NCBI RefSeq assembly: GCF_018350175.1
Contig: NC_058368.1
Coordinates: 117,120,001-117,184,000, forward strand
Direction of reading: 5' to 3'
Length of the DNA: 64,000 bases
Origin: Felis catus
Lineage: Eukaryota
The translations under genes and the position numbers were made by a program. The notes below the pieces were generated by a model. That model saw only the letters and a list, made by a program, of their open reading frames with translations. It had not been told where the DNA came from and searched no databases. This document shows positions 1 to 12,160 of the stretch, piece after piece (positions within the stretch are counted from its first letter, which is position 1; each line of letters starts with the position of its first letter).

Positions 1-196
1 TTACAGAGAAGGGACTTTGCCTTATTCCTACAATCTGTGCGTTGCTTCACAGTTAGCTAAGACAGAGTTTAATTTTCTTAATGTCACCCCGGAAGTGACT
101 CCCTCTCAGGATCTCCTCTGTGAAGATGCCGCTTGGTTACCAAATACAAATCATGAAGGCGCTGGGGTCCCATTTGCATCAGATACTATTCTAAAG
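1..196 (+). CDS. PCDHGB2: 3' end of a protocadherin gamma-B variable exon (cytoplasmic part), truncated by the window edge
   Basis: Reads ...EGTLPYSYNLCVASQLAKTEFNFL...PFASDTILK, then donor AAG|GTGAGT at 197. The gamma-B tail motif and position before A5 fit B2. Confidence 0.85.
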
Positions 197-780
197 GTGA
201 GTTTTAATTTACTTCGCTAGTTTTCACTTTGGGTTTCAATGTTTGTTAACAAATCACCTTACTGGCGTAGAAATCACTATTTCATATTTTGTCTTGTGGG
301 TTCAATTTAGGCAGTTTTCTGCCGTAGTTATCTTAATCTTATCTAAACAGAATTTTAACATAGGTTTTCTTTCTGATGTGTGAGATTTATTTGTCCATAA
401 TTACAAGCCTTTACTACACGAAATAGTTTCTGCTTCATCTTTATATTACTTTCCTCTGAAATTTCATTACTACTGGGATCTTAAGCTACTCCTTTTACCC
501 TACAGATCTTTATTACTCAGATTTTAGTTTTACTTCCTCTTAGAATTATAGCACTTCAGAGTAAAGAGAGCTTTCCATGTTCCTCGTTTGGGAAAACTGG
601 GAACCAAAAAGAAAATTTTACCGTGTCATGGCTTGTCAACAGCAGGGCATGAGTAGGACTGAATTGTAGACCTCCCTTCTAAGTATCTTTTCAAGCTTAA
701 TGTCTTGAGATCTCAGATCTGTTTTTAAAGGATAAGCAACATTTGAGGCCTGTAGTATCTGTTATTAAGAGTGTGTTTAT

Positions 781-957
781 GGGGGTGCCTAGGTGGCTCA
801 GTGGTTAAGTGTCTGACTCTTGATTTTGGCTCAGGTCATGATCTCATGATTCATGAGATTGAGCCCTGTCAGTGTGGAGCCTTCTTGGGATTCTGTCTTT
901 CTCTGCATTTCCCTGCTCATGCTCTACCTCTCTCATAAATAAATAAACTTTTAAAAA
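781..957 (+). mobile_element. CanSINE (tRNA-derived carnivore SINE)
   Basis: GGGGGTGCCTAGGTGGCTCAGTGGTTAAG head, TCAGGTCATGATCTC core, CT-rich region and AATAAA tail. Confidence 0.9.
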
Positions 958-1969
958 GAATGTATTTAATAAGTGGGAGAAATCGTTCTCTCTCATGCAT
1001 ATAACAAATTGCTTTTGTGAAAAATTGTAAAATGAGAAAAATTTTGCAAATTATACTCACATTGTTTACCTAAAACTTTCTTTTTTGAATTTTCTTATTA
1101 TAGATATAAAATCTCTTCGTGTTGTTTCTTTTCCTATGGAGGTGTCATTAGGGAAAAAATTGCTTTTCTCAGTGGACTCTCTGAAATGTCCCTTTGTTTT
1201 CAGTCGTGAGGCTTTTTTTCCTGCTACCATGTAAAGGTGATAGCATTTAATATCCGTCTCAACATAGAAAGGGCACTTGCCTGCTCACTAAGGATCTGGA
1301 CATGTTTTTCTGCCTAGGTGACGAACGAAAGCCCTTTACTTCAGTCACTACACTGACTTCCCCAAGAGTCTGTCACTGTAAAATGCCTTAACTCCAATTT
1401 AGACATGATAATAGGGAAATATAAATAATGTGTAGTTAACCCAACTCAGACTCTTAGTCTGATATAGTGGAGCTGCCAAACTCTTAGTGTGAAAGTCTGG
1501 GAACTTTCTTAAAGACCTCAAGTAGCAAAATGGACCCTTTATTTTCTCTGTTTACAACATCTAATACAATTTGCTTGAATCAGTAGGCCTTTATGCAATG
1601 GTGCGATGAGAGCTAGGTTTGTTTCCTGGACATTCTTATCCATAGTAGGTACGTTTTCATAAATATATCCTAATAAAAAGATGAAATTTTAAAGCCTACA
1701 AAATTAAGAATTCTAATGTCCTAATTTAATGGACTCAGTATAGGTAAGAGGTAAATAAAGGACATAGACTCAATGGCACATTAAATAAAACTTTTCTAAA
1801 GAAATAAAAATGTAATAATTATATTGATCTCAAGGTTTGTGGAAGTCCTTTGATATTTCAGAATTAAATCTTAGATATGAGTAATGTCACTTGTCAATAG
1901 GTTAAGAATACAGCAAAATTATTAGAAATAAAATATAATGAAACATTTATGAAATAAAAACAGAATTGG

Positions 1970-2010
1970 TGTAGTAACTGGTTAGGACTCTGAGCGTCGC
2001 TGTTCACCAA
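1970..2010 (+). promoter_or_regulatory. CSE / CTCF site of the A5 promoter
   Basis: TGTAGTAAC...TAGGACTCTGAGCGTCGCTGTTCACCAA, with CGCT box at 1998, ~200 nt upstream of the ATG. Confidence 0.9.
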
Positions 2011-2194
2011 AGTGGAAAAGCTGTCCGCTGACGGCGACCTGACTCTGCTCCTTCCGCCCTAAACAAACACAGACCAGAGAAATTTGGGGGAAAGCCTCGC
2101 GTTTCTGTCAAGTAATGTGTTTCCTTTGACTTGAAAGACATAAGGGTACAGCAGGCTGGAATTAGGACTAAGGAAACTGGTCGGAGAGAAGAAA

Positions 2195-4615
2195 ATGGCG
2201 GATACACTGAGGGGTTGGGGCTGCATAGAGCCGCTTCTGCTCCTCCTGCTCCTGGAGACGTTATGGAGAGCTGGAGCCGGGCCGATCCGCTACTCGGTGC
2301 TGGAGGAGCTGGACAAAGGCTCCTTCGTGGGCAGCATCGCCAAGGACCTGGGTCTGGAGCCCCGGGAGCTGGCGGAGCGTGGCGTCCGCATCGTCTCCAG
2401 AGGTAGGACGCGGCTCTTTTCTCTGAACCCGCGAAGCGGCAGTTTGGTCACCGCAGGCAGGATAGACCGGGAGGAGCTCTGTGCTCAGAGCGCACGGTGT
2501 GTGGTGAGTTTTAACATCTTGCTTGAGAATAACATGAAAATTTATGGAGTAGAAATAGAAATAATAGATATTAATGATAACTTTCCACGTTTCCGGGATG
2601 AGGAAGTAAAAGTAAAAGTTAATGAAAACGCGGCTACGGGAACTCGGTTAGCGCTTCCTTTCGCTCGAGACGCGGATGTGAGTATGAACTCTCTCCAGAG
2701 TTATAAGCTCAGCCCCAATATGCACTTCTCTCTGGAGCAGAAAAGCGGAACTGATGGACAAAAATATCCGGAGCTGGTACTGGAACGGCCCTTGGACCGC
2801 GAGAAAGTAGCTGTCCACGACCTTCTTCTCACAGCTTTAGATGGTGGAGACCCCATACTCTCTAGTAGTATGCACATACACGTGGTGGTCCTCGACGCAA
2901 ATGATAATGCGCCTCTCTTCACTCAATCTGAGTACAGAGTGACTGTTCCAGAGAACATACCTGTAGGCTCTCGGCTGCTTACACTAACCGCCACGGATCC
3001 AGATGAGGGAGTAAACGGGGAATTAACATACTCTTTTCGCAATGAAGAAGATAAGATTTCAGAGACTTTCCAACTTGATTCCAGCCTGGGTGAAATCTCA
3101 ACTCTGCAATCACTGGATTATGAGGAATCCAGATTCTACCTCATGGAAGTGGTAGCTCAGGATGGAGGTGCTCTTCTTGCCAGTGCTAAGGTATTGGTGA
3201 CAGTACAGGATGTGAATGACAATGTCCCAGAAGTGATCCTCACATCCCTTGCTAGTTCCGTCTCTGAAGACTGTCCTCCTGGAACTGTAATTGCACTGTT
3301 TAGTGTACATGATGGTGATTCTGGAGAGAATGGTGAGATTGTGTGTTCTATCCCCAGGAACTTGCCCTTTAAATTGGAAAAGTCAGTTGATAATTATTAT
3401 CACTTATTGACAACGAAAGCCCTGGACAGAGAAGAGATCTCAGATTACAACATCACAATAACTGTCATTGACAGTGGAAACCCACCCCTGTCTACAGAAA
3501 GCCACATCTCCCTGAATGTGGCAGACATCAATGACAACCCCCCCGTCTTCCCTCACACCTCATACTCCACCTACATCCTGGAAAACAATCCCAGAGGCAT
3601 CTCAATTTTATCTGTGACTGCACATGACCCTGACAGTGGCAACAACGCCAAGATCACTTACTCTCTGGCTGAGGGTATGTTTCAAGGAATGTCTCTGTCT
3701 ACCTATGTCTTCATCAACTCCAATACAGGCATCCTGTATGCTCTGGGCTCTTTTGACTATGAGCAAGTTAAAGATCTGCAGCTGTGGGTAATGGCCAGTG
3801 ACAGTGGAGACCCTCCACTTAGTAGCAACATGTCACTGAGCCTGTTTGTGGTGGATCAGAATGACAATGCCCCTGAAATCCTGTACCCCAGCATTCCCAC
3901 CGATGGCTCCACTGGTGTGGAGCTGGCGCCCCGATCCGCAGAGCCCGGATACCTAGTGACCAAGGTGGTGGCGGTGGACAGAGACTCTGGCCAGAATGCC
4001 TGGCTGTCCTACCACCTGCTCAAGGTCAGCGAGCCAGGACTTTTCACGGTGGGGCTACACACGGGTGAGGTGCGCACTGCACGGGCCCTGCTGGACAGAG
4101 ACGCGCTCAAGCAGAGCTTAGTGGTGGTGGTCCAGGATCATGGCCAGCCCCCTCTTTCAGCTACTGTCACACTCACTGTGGCTGTAGCTGACAGTATCCC
4201 AGATGTCCTGGCTGACCTGGACAGCCTCAAGCCCTCATCCTATGCTGACGGCTCCAGTCTCACACTGTACCTTGTGGTGGCAGTGGCTGTAGTCTCCTGT
4301 GTCTTCCTCACCTTTGTCATCGTGCTACTGGCACTCAGGCTGAGACGCTGGCACTCTTCAAGTCAGCTCCAGGCATCAGGAAGCAGGTTGGCTGGCATGC
4401 CCACCTCGCACTTTGTGGGTGTGGACGGGGTGCGAGCTTTCCTGCAGACTTATTCCCACGAGGTCTCCCTCACAGCAGACTCCCGGAACAGTCACATGAT
4501 CTTCCCCCAGCCCAACTATGCAGACACACTCATCAGTCAGGAGAGCTGTGGGAAAAGCGAGCCTCCTCTGATATCTGAGAAGATAAATGTAAACGAAGAG
4601 CTAGGAGTTGTACAG
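2195..4615 (+). CDS. PCDHGA5: Protocadherin gamma-A5 variable exon (signal, EC1-6, TM, variable cytoplasmic region; 807 codons)
   Basis: Cadherin motifs (DRE, DINDN, PENxP), gamma-A EC6/TM, donor CAG|GTGAG at 4616 in phase 0. [14 protein letters not shown] and [16 protein letters not shown] match A5 as recalled. Confidence 0.9.
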
Positions 4616-4925
4616 GTGAGGTTTTGTTTTTTTTTCCAGTATCATTGCTTGTAGCATTTTTTTTTCATTTGTTTCCTCAATCATTTGTCTGCCATATTCA
4701 AAGTTGGTTAATTATATAAATAATCAATCATTGTATGTTTTATTTAGAGATTGACTTGATTTAATTTGATGATGCTCTCTTCATTTGTTTTCAAATTATA
4801 TTTTGGGTTTAATGTCTTTTTTTTCAATACATGAAATTTCTAGACAATCTAGCTGATATCCATAGTCTTAAAAATAAATGAAACATGATTGCTTTACCCA
4901 AAGACTTTCTTATACAACTGTTATG

Positions 4926-5114
4926 TTTTTTTTAATGTTTATTTATTTTGAGAGGCGGGGAGGTGCAGAGGAGAGGGATAGAGAGAATCCCAAGCAGGCT
5001 CCGTGCTTTCAGTGCAGAGCCCGATGCAGGGCTTTAACTCACAAACTGTGAGACCATGACCAGAGACAAAGTCAAGAGTCAAATACTGAACCAACTAAGC
5101 CACCCAGCTGCCCC
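4926..5114 (-). mobile_element. CanSINE
   Basis: Poly-T/TTTATTTA tail, GAGAATCCCAAGCAGGCTCC, ends CACCCAGCTGCCCC. Confidence 0.9.
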
Positions 5115-5653
5115 AGAATTGTTACTCTTCTATTAAGAAGAGTTGTTTGATTAGTCCAAATTGTTACATGTAATGTTCTCTTTTGAATATTTATGTAAAC
5201 ACCAATGGTGAATATGTTTTGGAAGAATAGTGTACAGCATTGAAGTTTTAGTATACTGTTTCTGTAAGGAAATAATTTACAGTATTTTCATAAATCAGTG
5301 GAGGAATATAGAAAACTACATGAAAAAAATAAAAAACATCAAATCTATAGTCTGTGGCATTCTCAAGTCTGGAAACTTTGGGTTAATCTATGTAATTACT
5401 GGACATGTGTATTTGTTGAGAGAAAAAAATCAGTGAGAAAGAGCCTTAGAACTTTATTTTCTGATGCAGTTTAAAATCTCCAAAGAATTATATTTTGCTA
5501 CATTCATTAAATACACCATTAATATGCCATTACACCTGGAATCATCTGGTTACAGATAACCTCTTCACTTTTTAGAATCAATATCTACTTGAATGTTTGC
5601 ATTTATTCAAGTGTCAGTACAATTCTGCTTTATTACTAGACTCTAAGATTTGT

Positions 5654-5865
5654 GGTTTTTAAAATTATTTATTATTTTTTGAGCGAGAGAGAGAGAGAGA
5701 GCATGAGCAGGGGAAGGGTAGAGGGAGAGGAGGAGAGAATATTAAGCAGGCTTCATGCCCAGCATGGAGCCAGACATGCTGGGCTTGATCTCATGACTGT
5801 GAGATCATGACCTGAGCCAAAATCAAGAGTCAGACACTTAACCGACTGAGCCACCCAGGCACCCC
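5654..5865 (-). mobile_element. CanSINE with target-site duplication
   Basis: SINE body flanked by GACTCTAAGATTTGT at 5639-5653 and 5867-5881. Confidence 0.92.
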
Positions 5866-6031
5866 GGACTCTAAGATTTGTACTTGGAAAATCAATTCAA
5901 CATAAAAATTGTTTAAAATTTTGAAATTCACATGCTCATCTTAAATTAATAATCCTTCTTAATGAAATGTGGGTATTTCATTGGGTATTAAAATTCATGA
6001 GTGTGTGTTGCTTAAGAAGAACTACCCTTTT

Positions 6032-6248
6032 GGGGCACCTGGGTGCCTCAGTTGGTTAAGCTTCCAACTTCAGCTCAGGTCATGATCTCCCATTTCATGG
6101 GTTCAAGCCGCACATCTGGCTCTGTGCTGACAGCTCAGAGCCTGAAACCTGCTTCAGATTCTGTGTCTCCCTGTCTCTGCCTCTCTCCCATCCACTCTAT
6201 CTCGGTCTCTCTCAAAAACGAATAAACATTAAACAAAAATTTTTTTAA
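6032..6248 (+). mobile_element. CanSINE with target-site duplication
   Basis: GGGGCACCTGGGTGCCTCAG head; AAGAAGAACTACCCTTTT on both flanks. Confidence 0.92.
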
Positions 6249-8043
6249 AAAGAAGAACTACCCTTTTCATTTTTGATATCTGATTTACTGAAGATGATTT
6301 TCAGATGCTTCTCTTTAAATTTTTCAAATACTGTACTTTATCAGCTGCAAAGTATGAATAAATAGGGGAAATGGCAATAAAATATTACGAATGGGATAGT
6401 AGGCTACATTACCTGACCAAACAAATGGTTTATTGTTACATGTGGGAACCTATGACTACTTAATTTTTATTTTTTAAATATTTATTTGAAGGGCATCCAA
6501 TTAATTTTTATATGGACAATTCTGATCACAGTGTAAAATGTGCAGATTCACTGAACAGCAAATACATCAAAAGAGTAACAAGAATCTGTATGATGGAGGA
6601 TGGAGACTGATACCATTCACTCTTACAAGAAAACTCATTTTTTCATTATATTTGATAATAAATATTATTTTTTCTTTTCATTATATTTTAATGAAGATGT
6701 TATAGACTTTGGATATGTGTCCTGAGTAAACCTCTATAAACTTCAATAGACTTTATATAACAAAATGCTTGATCCAACACTCTGAGTGTATGTACTGTGT
6801 ATACTCCATATTCTTTGAAATATTTGAATCTTTAGTTTCACATGTGCTCTGAAAAGATAACTGTCCTATACTAATTTAAGTGTTCACACCATATTGTTCA
6901 GTCATGTTTTGGAGCAAAGTCTCGAATCTGTTTTTTATGTTTGTATGAAGTAGAGATGTCCATGAGTTTCTGCCTAGAATCCTGAATACAATGAACAGTT
7001 TAAGATGTCTAATGCTATTCCACTATGAGTTCAGCATTGCTACACATCCGTTAAGTTTTAGAATGACAATGTATTGTGTAGGTTTTAAAAAAGTTTCTTT
7101 ATGAAGATTTCTAGTTTGGAAATGGAATTAAACCTGTAAGACCTATCAGAAACATAAAATTGACATACTTATTTACAAGGCAAGAATGTCAGTAACAAAG
7201 GGTTGGGATGATCTGATAGTAACCTTGGGACCAAAAAAAGTGGACGACATAGATTACTTTCTTTAGAATATGTGATTATAAGGACTCATACTTCACTCCC
7301 CAAACTCGAATAACTCACCATTGCTAAGCTACTTGAGAAGAAACAGTACCATTAGAGACAATGGTAAAGTAGTGTGGAAAAAATAAGATCAGAGGAATAG
7401 TTTTTGAATCCTAGTCATTTGAAAGTAGACACTTGGAAATTAACAAGGAGTTTCTTCTTGCTTCTTACCATACTCCTGTTTTATAAGAATAATCAGTCTC
7501 TTTGCTTACATATCAATTATTTGGGGGGTAAGGTGACAATGATAATATAGAAGGAAGTGAAACACAGGATACAACTAAAAGCTATGATATTTGTAACATT
7601 TTTAAGTTAGAAAAAAAGAAAATAGAGTGGAGTAGTAACAATACATATCAAGCTGATATTTCAAGAATTTTCCTATTACACTTTCTGCTGCACCACCACT
7701 ACTTTCATTTGTGTCATTTTCTACATATTATTTTATTTGGTCTTCAATTTTACTAAGTAACACAGGGAAGATGTTATTATAGCCATTTTATGAAAATGGA
7801 AACGAAAAGCACGACGATGCCAATGTCTTCAGCAAGTTACCTCTGCTCTTTGAGGAGTAAAAATGACTTGATTTAGATGGATAAAGCTCAGGTTCAAATA
7901 AAATCACAGCCAGACCAAAGATAGAGTGAATATTTAAAATGTTAAAATCCTTGTAAAATGAGAAAAATGAGTATCTATATCAGGACACAGTAGAATTTTC
8001 TTCTAACCCACTCCTTACTTGGAGCTGATGTAGTAACCACTAC

Positions 8044-8083
8044 TGCAGTTCTGCAGCCCAGACGCGGGGTGCCGCTGTTGGCT
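8044..8083 (+). promoter_or_regulatory. CSE / CTCF site of the B3 promoter
   Basis: TGCAGTTC...GGGGTGCCGCTGTTGGCT, with CGCT at 8073. Confidence 0.85.
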
Positions 8084-8303
8084 AGTACTGAGCGAAGTAT
8101 CAGCTTCTGGCGCAAAGGAATCGCCAGCCCACCGCGGAACTGCGAGAATTGGACACTCTGCCTCTGGCTCTGTGACGCTTAAGATATTTGTTAGAACCCG
8201 CCTGCCAAGACAAATCAAGGAGTTGCTCCTGCTCGGAGAATTCTCGGGATAATTTAGCGACCATAGCTCTTCAGAGTCAGAAGGCAAAGGCGCTGAAAGC
8301 GGG

Positions 8304-10724
8304 ATGAGCGATCACTTGGGATTGAAGGGCCCGGCTGGGCGGAGACAAATGCTGTTTCTCTCTTTGCTGTCTTTGTTCTGCCCGGTGATCTCGGAGCAGA
8401 TCCTCTATACTATTCCGGAGGAGCTGGCCAGGGGCTCGCTTGTGGGAAACCTCGCCAAGGATCTGGGGGTTGGCGTTGGAAATTTGCCTGCTCGAAACCT
8501 GCGTGTTAGTGCACAGAAGAAACTGTTTACAGTGAGTACTGAGAATGGGGACTTACTTGTTAGTGACCGTATAGACCGAGAGCAGATTTGTGGCGAGAAG
8601 TCGACATGTGTTCTAGAATTCGAATTGGTGGCCGAAAAGCCTTTGAACTTCTTTCATGTAAGTGTGGTAATTCAGGATGTCAATGACAATCCACCAACCT
8701 TTAGCCAAAATATCACTGAATTGGAAATCAGTGAACTGGCTGTAACCGGAGCCTCCTTTGCCCTGGAACCTGCGCAAGATTCAGATGTAGGTGTCAATTC
8801 CCTGCAGCAGTACTACCTCAGTCCCAACCCACACTTCTCTTTGATCCAGAAGGAGAACCCAGATGGCAGTAGGTACCCAGAACTGGTAGTGAAGACTCCC
8901 CTGGACAGGGAAGAGCAGTCACGCCACCACCTGGTCCTCACGGCTGTGGATGGGGGTGACCCAGCCAGAAGCTGCACTACCCAGATCATGGTGGTTGTGG
9001 CAGATGCAAATGATAATGCACCAGTGTTCACCCAGGACATTTACAGGGTCAGTGTTCCAGAGAACCTGCCTGTGGGCTCCTCTGTACTAAGAGTGATGGC
9101 CACTGACTTGGATGAAGGGGTCAATGCTGTGATCACCTACACTTTCATCAACATTGGTAGGGCAGTGAGACAGCTGTTCAAACTGGACAGTACAACAGGG
9201 GAAGTCACCACTGGCGGAGGACTGGACTTTGAAGAGAGAGCGAGCTACACAATTGGGGTGGAAGCAAAGGATGGTGGACATCACACAGCACACTGTAAAG
9301 TACAAATAGATATTTTGGATGAAAACGACAATACACCAGAGATAACCGTGGATTCTGAATCTAAACATATTTTAGAAGATGCTGAGTTGGGGACTGTTGT
9401 TGCCCTGATCAAAACCTATGACCTCGATTCTGGATTTAATGGGGAAGTTTTCTGCCAACTAAAAGGAAAGTTCCCATTTAAAATAGTTCAAGATACAAAA
9501 AACACATACAAGTTGGTCACAGATGGAGCCCTAGATCGAGAGCAGACTCCGGAATACAACATTACCATCACAGTCACCGACAGGGGAAGGCCAGCCCTCT
9601 CCTCCAACAGAAGTGTCATCTTGAACATTGCTGATGTCAATGACAATGCTCCTGTTTTCCACCAGGGCTCTTACGTGGTCCACGTGGCAGAAAACAACCC
9701 GCCCGGAGCTTCTATTTTCCAAGTCAGCGCCTCCGATCCTGACCTGGGGCCCAACGGCCGCGTGTCCTACTCCATCGTGGCCAGCGACCTGGAGCCGCGG
9801 GCGCTGGCGTCCTACGTGTCCGTGAGCGCGCAGAGCGGCGTGGTGTTCGCGCAGCGCGCCTTCGACCACGAGCAGCTGCGCGCCTTCGAGCTGACGGTGC
9901 AGGCCCGCGACCAGGGCTCGCCCGCGCTCAGCGCCAACGTGAGCCTGCGCGTGTTGGTGGGCGACCGCAACGACAACGCGCCTAGGGTGCTGTACCCGGC
10001 GCTGGGGCCCGACGGCTCGGCGCTCTTCGACACGGTGCCGCGCGCCGCGCAGCCCGGCTACCTGGTCACCAAGGTGGTGGCGGTGGACGCCGACTCGGGA
10101 CACAATGCGTGGCTGTCGTACCACGTGCTGCAGGCCAGCGAGCCCGGACTCTTCAGCCTGGGGCTGCGCACGGGCGAGGTGCGCACTGCGCGTGCTTTGG
10201 GCGACAGGGACGCGGCCCGCCAGCGCCTGCTGGTTGCCGTGCGGGATGGAGGACAGCCGCCCCTTTCCGCAACTGTCACGTTGCTCCTGGTTTTCGCAGA
10301 CAGCCTGCAAGAGGCGCTGCCGGATGTCAGCGACCGTCCGGAGCCCTCTGACCCCCAGGCCGAGCTGCAGTTTTACTTGGTGGTGGCCTTGGCCTTGATC
10401 TCAGTGCTGTTTCTCCTAGCAGTGATTCTGGCGGTTGCGCTGAGTCTGCGACGCTCCTCCCGCCCTTCCTCCTGGAGCTGCTTTAAGACTGATGTCTGCT
10501 CCAAGACTGGATCTGGGGTTATTGCCAACTTTAGCGAAGGGACTTTGCCTTATTCTTACAATCTATGTGCTGCCTCACATTCCTCAGAGACTGAGTTTAA
10601 ATTTCTCAGTATAAAGCCTGAAAATGGTCCATCACAAGATCTTCTATGTAATGAAGCCTCTTGGTTTGAAAGTGCCAATAATGATAATCACAAAATGACT
10701 TCTAATTCAGTCAATTTGCAACAG
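8304..10724 (+). CDS. PCDHGB3: Protocadherin gamma-B3 variable exon (807 codons)
   Basis: Six cadherin repeats, gamma-B EC6 (VLYPALGPDGSALFD), TM, donor CAG|GTGAGT at 10725; lies between A5 and A6. Confidence 0.88.
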
Positions 10725-11139
10725 GTGAGTTACGTCAAAACCTTTTATTTCTATAAGTATAATTAGATTATAGATAAAAAGTATACAGGCTAACTATACC
10801 CTGATTTTATTGTGTTGTATTGATTTTTCTGGGCATCGTTTGTGTGTGAGGGGTGTTAGAATTTTTTTGTTCATTTATCTGTGTTGCAGTCTTTCATATA
10901 AAGTGGCCTTGTGATGTCTTGAAATTTTTGTTAAATCTAAAACCACATATCATGAAACATTTTTGATATATTAGCATCACCCTGTCATTGGGAAACCTTA
11001 TATAATTAAACACAAATATAGGCACTTAAGTGGTTGACTTAGTTTCAATGCAGTCAGTCCTAAATTATGTTTTGTATATAATATATTAGTACAAGTTTTC
11101 TCATTGTAGGCAATATATTTTCACTTCCTTTTTATGTTT

Positions 11140-11265
11140 TTATTTTATTTTTACAGTTTTTTTAAATTCATTTAAGTAATCCCTACACCCAACGTGGGGC
11201 TCAAATTCATGACATGGATATCAAGAGTCACAGGCTACTCTGATTGAGCCAGCCAACTGCCCCCC
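11140..11265 (-). mobile_element. Short (tRNA-head only) CanSINE
   Basis: CTACACCCAACGTGGGGCTCAAATTCATGAC...TCAAGAGTCAC...GAGCCAGCCAACTGCCCC preceded by a T-rich tail. Confidence 0.8.
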
Positions 11266-11435
11266 TTTTCTTGATTTTAAAAGTATACAGAAATATTGCT
11301 TATGCTAGAGCATTTATTAATCTATGTGTTAATAAAATAGATGACATCTAAACGTGGCAATACTTGTAACTGGCAGTAGGTGAATTAGTTCCAAATGTGT
11401 AGTTGTTGGTGCCCTTATTGAAAATGGGACAAATA

Positions 11436-11651
11436 AAAGAGACTCTTAACTATAGAGAAGAAACTGAGGGTTGCTGGAGGGGAAGTGGGGGGGGATGGGC
11501 TAAATGGGTGCTAGATATTAAGGACGGCACTTGTGATGTGCCCTGGGTGTTACATGTAAGTGATGAATCACTAAAATCTATCCTGAAAACTAGTATTACA
11601 CTATATCGTAACTAACCAGAATTTAAATAAAAATGTGAAACATTAAAAAAA
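11436..11651 (+). mobile_element. 5'-truncated carnivore L1 3' end with target-site duplication
   Basis: GAGACTCTTAACTATAGAG...AAACTGAGGGTTGCTGGAGGG...GATGAATCACTAAA...AATAAA and poly-A; TGAAAATGGGACAAATA at 11419-11435 and 11652-11668. Confidence 0.88.
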
Positions 11652-11897
11652 TGAAAATGGGACAAATATAAATGATGGTGGAATAGAATTCAAATTTACA
11701 GAAAATCATAATCTTATTTCTTTTCTCCAAGGCCCTAAGAGCTCATGACCCCCCAAAAAATGAGTAGTAAATTCCCGGGAATATATAAAACTATTCAAAA
11801 TATGCGCTTTTATTCTTCTTGGGGAGGGAAATATGAGTGACATCTAAGCAGATTTAGCAGAAATAAGATTCTTTGCATGATGGTTTCACAAAAACGG

Positions 11898-11938
11898 TGC
11901 AGTATTAAGTTAGGACTCTAAGCGTCGCTGTTCACTAA
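11898..11938 (+). promoter_or_regulatory. CSE / CTCF site of the A6 promoter
   Basis: TGCAGTATT...TAGGACTCTAAGCGTCGCTGTTCAC, with CGCT at 11926. Confidence 0.9.
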
Positions 11939-12160
11939 TCCCGGCAAGGAAAGTAATGACAACTCAAGTAATATCCTCCAGCACAAAGCAGATCAGACAC
12001 CATAGCTCTCCAGCTGCGCAGAAATTCTAATCTAAAACGCTTCGCATCTGACCTCTACTTGTTTATGGACCTTGGCTTCTAATTCAGAGAAGCACAAAAA
12101 AGTGATTGTGAACCTGCTCCCTCTACTCACAATCCCCAGGAAGTCCATAAGGAGCCTGTC

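Noticed and set aside
9531..10310. Long antisense ORFs (235-277 aa) opposite every gamma-B EC5-EC6 block, also at 27345, 36978, 47690 and 56814
   Set aside because: Shadow ORFs: high GC3 removes antisense stop codons, and their recurrence follows from nucleotide identity caused by conversion. There is no independent sign of coding. The antisense lncRNA mechanism I know of concerns Pcdh-alpha and cannot be inferred here.
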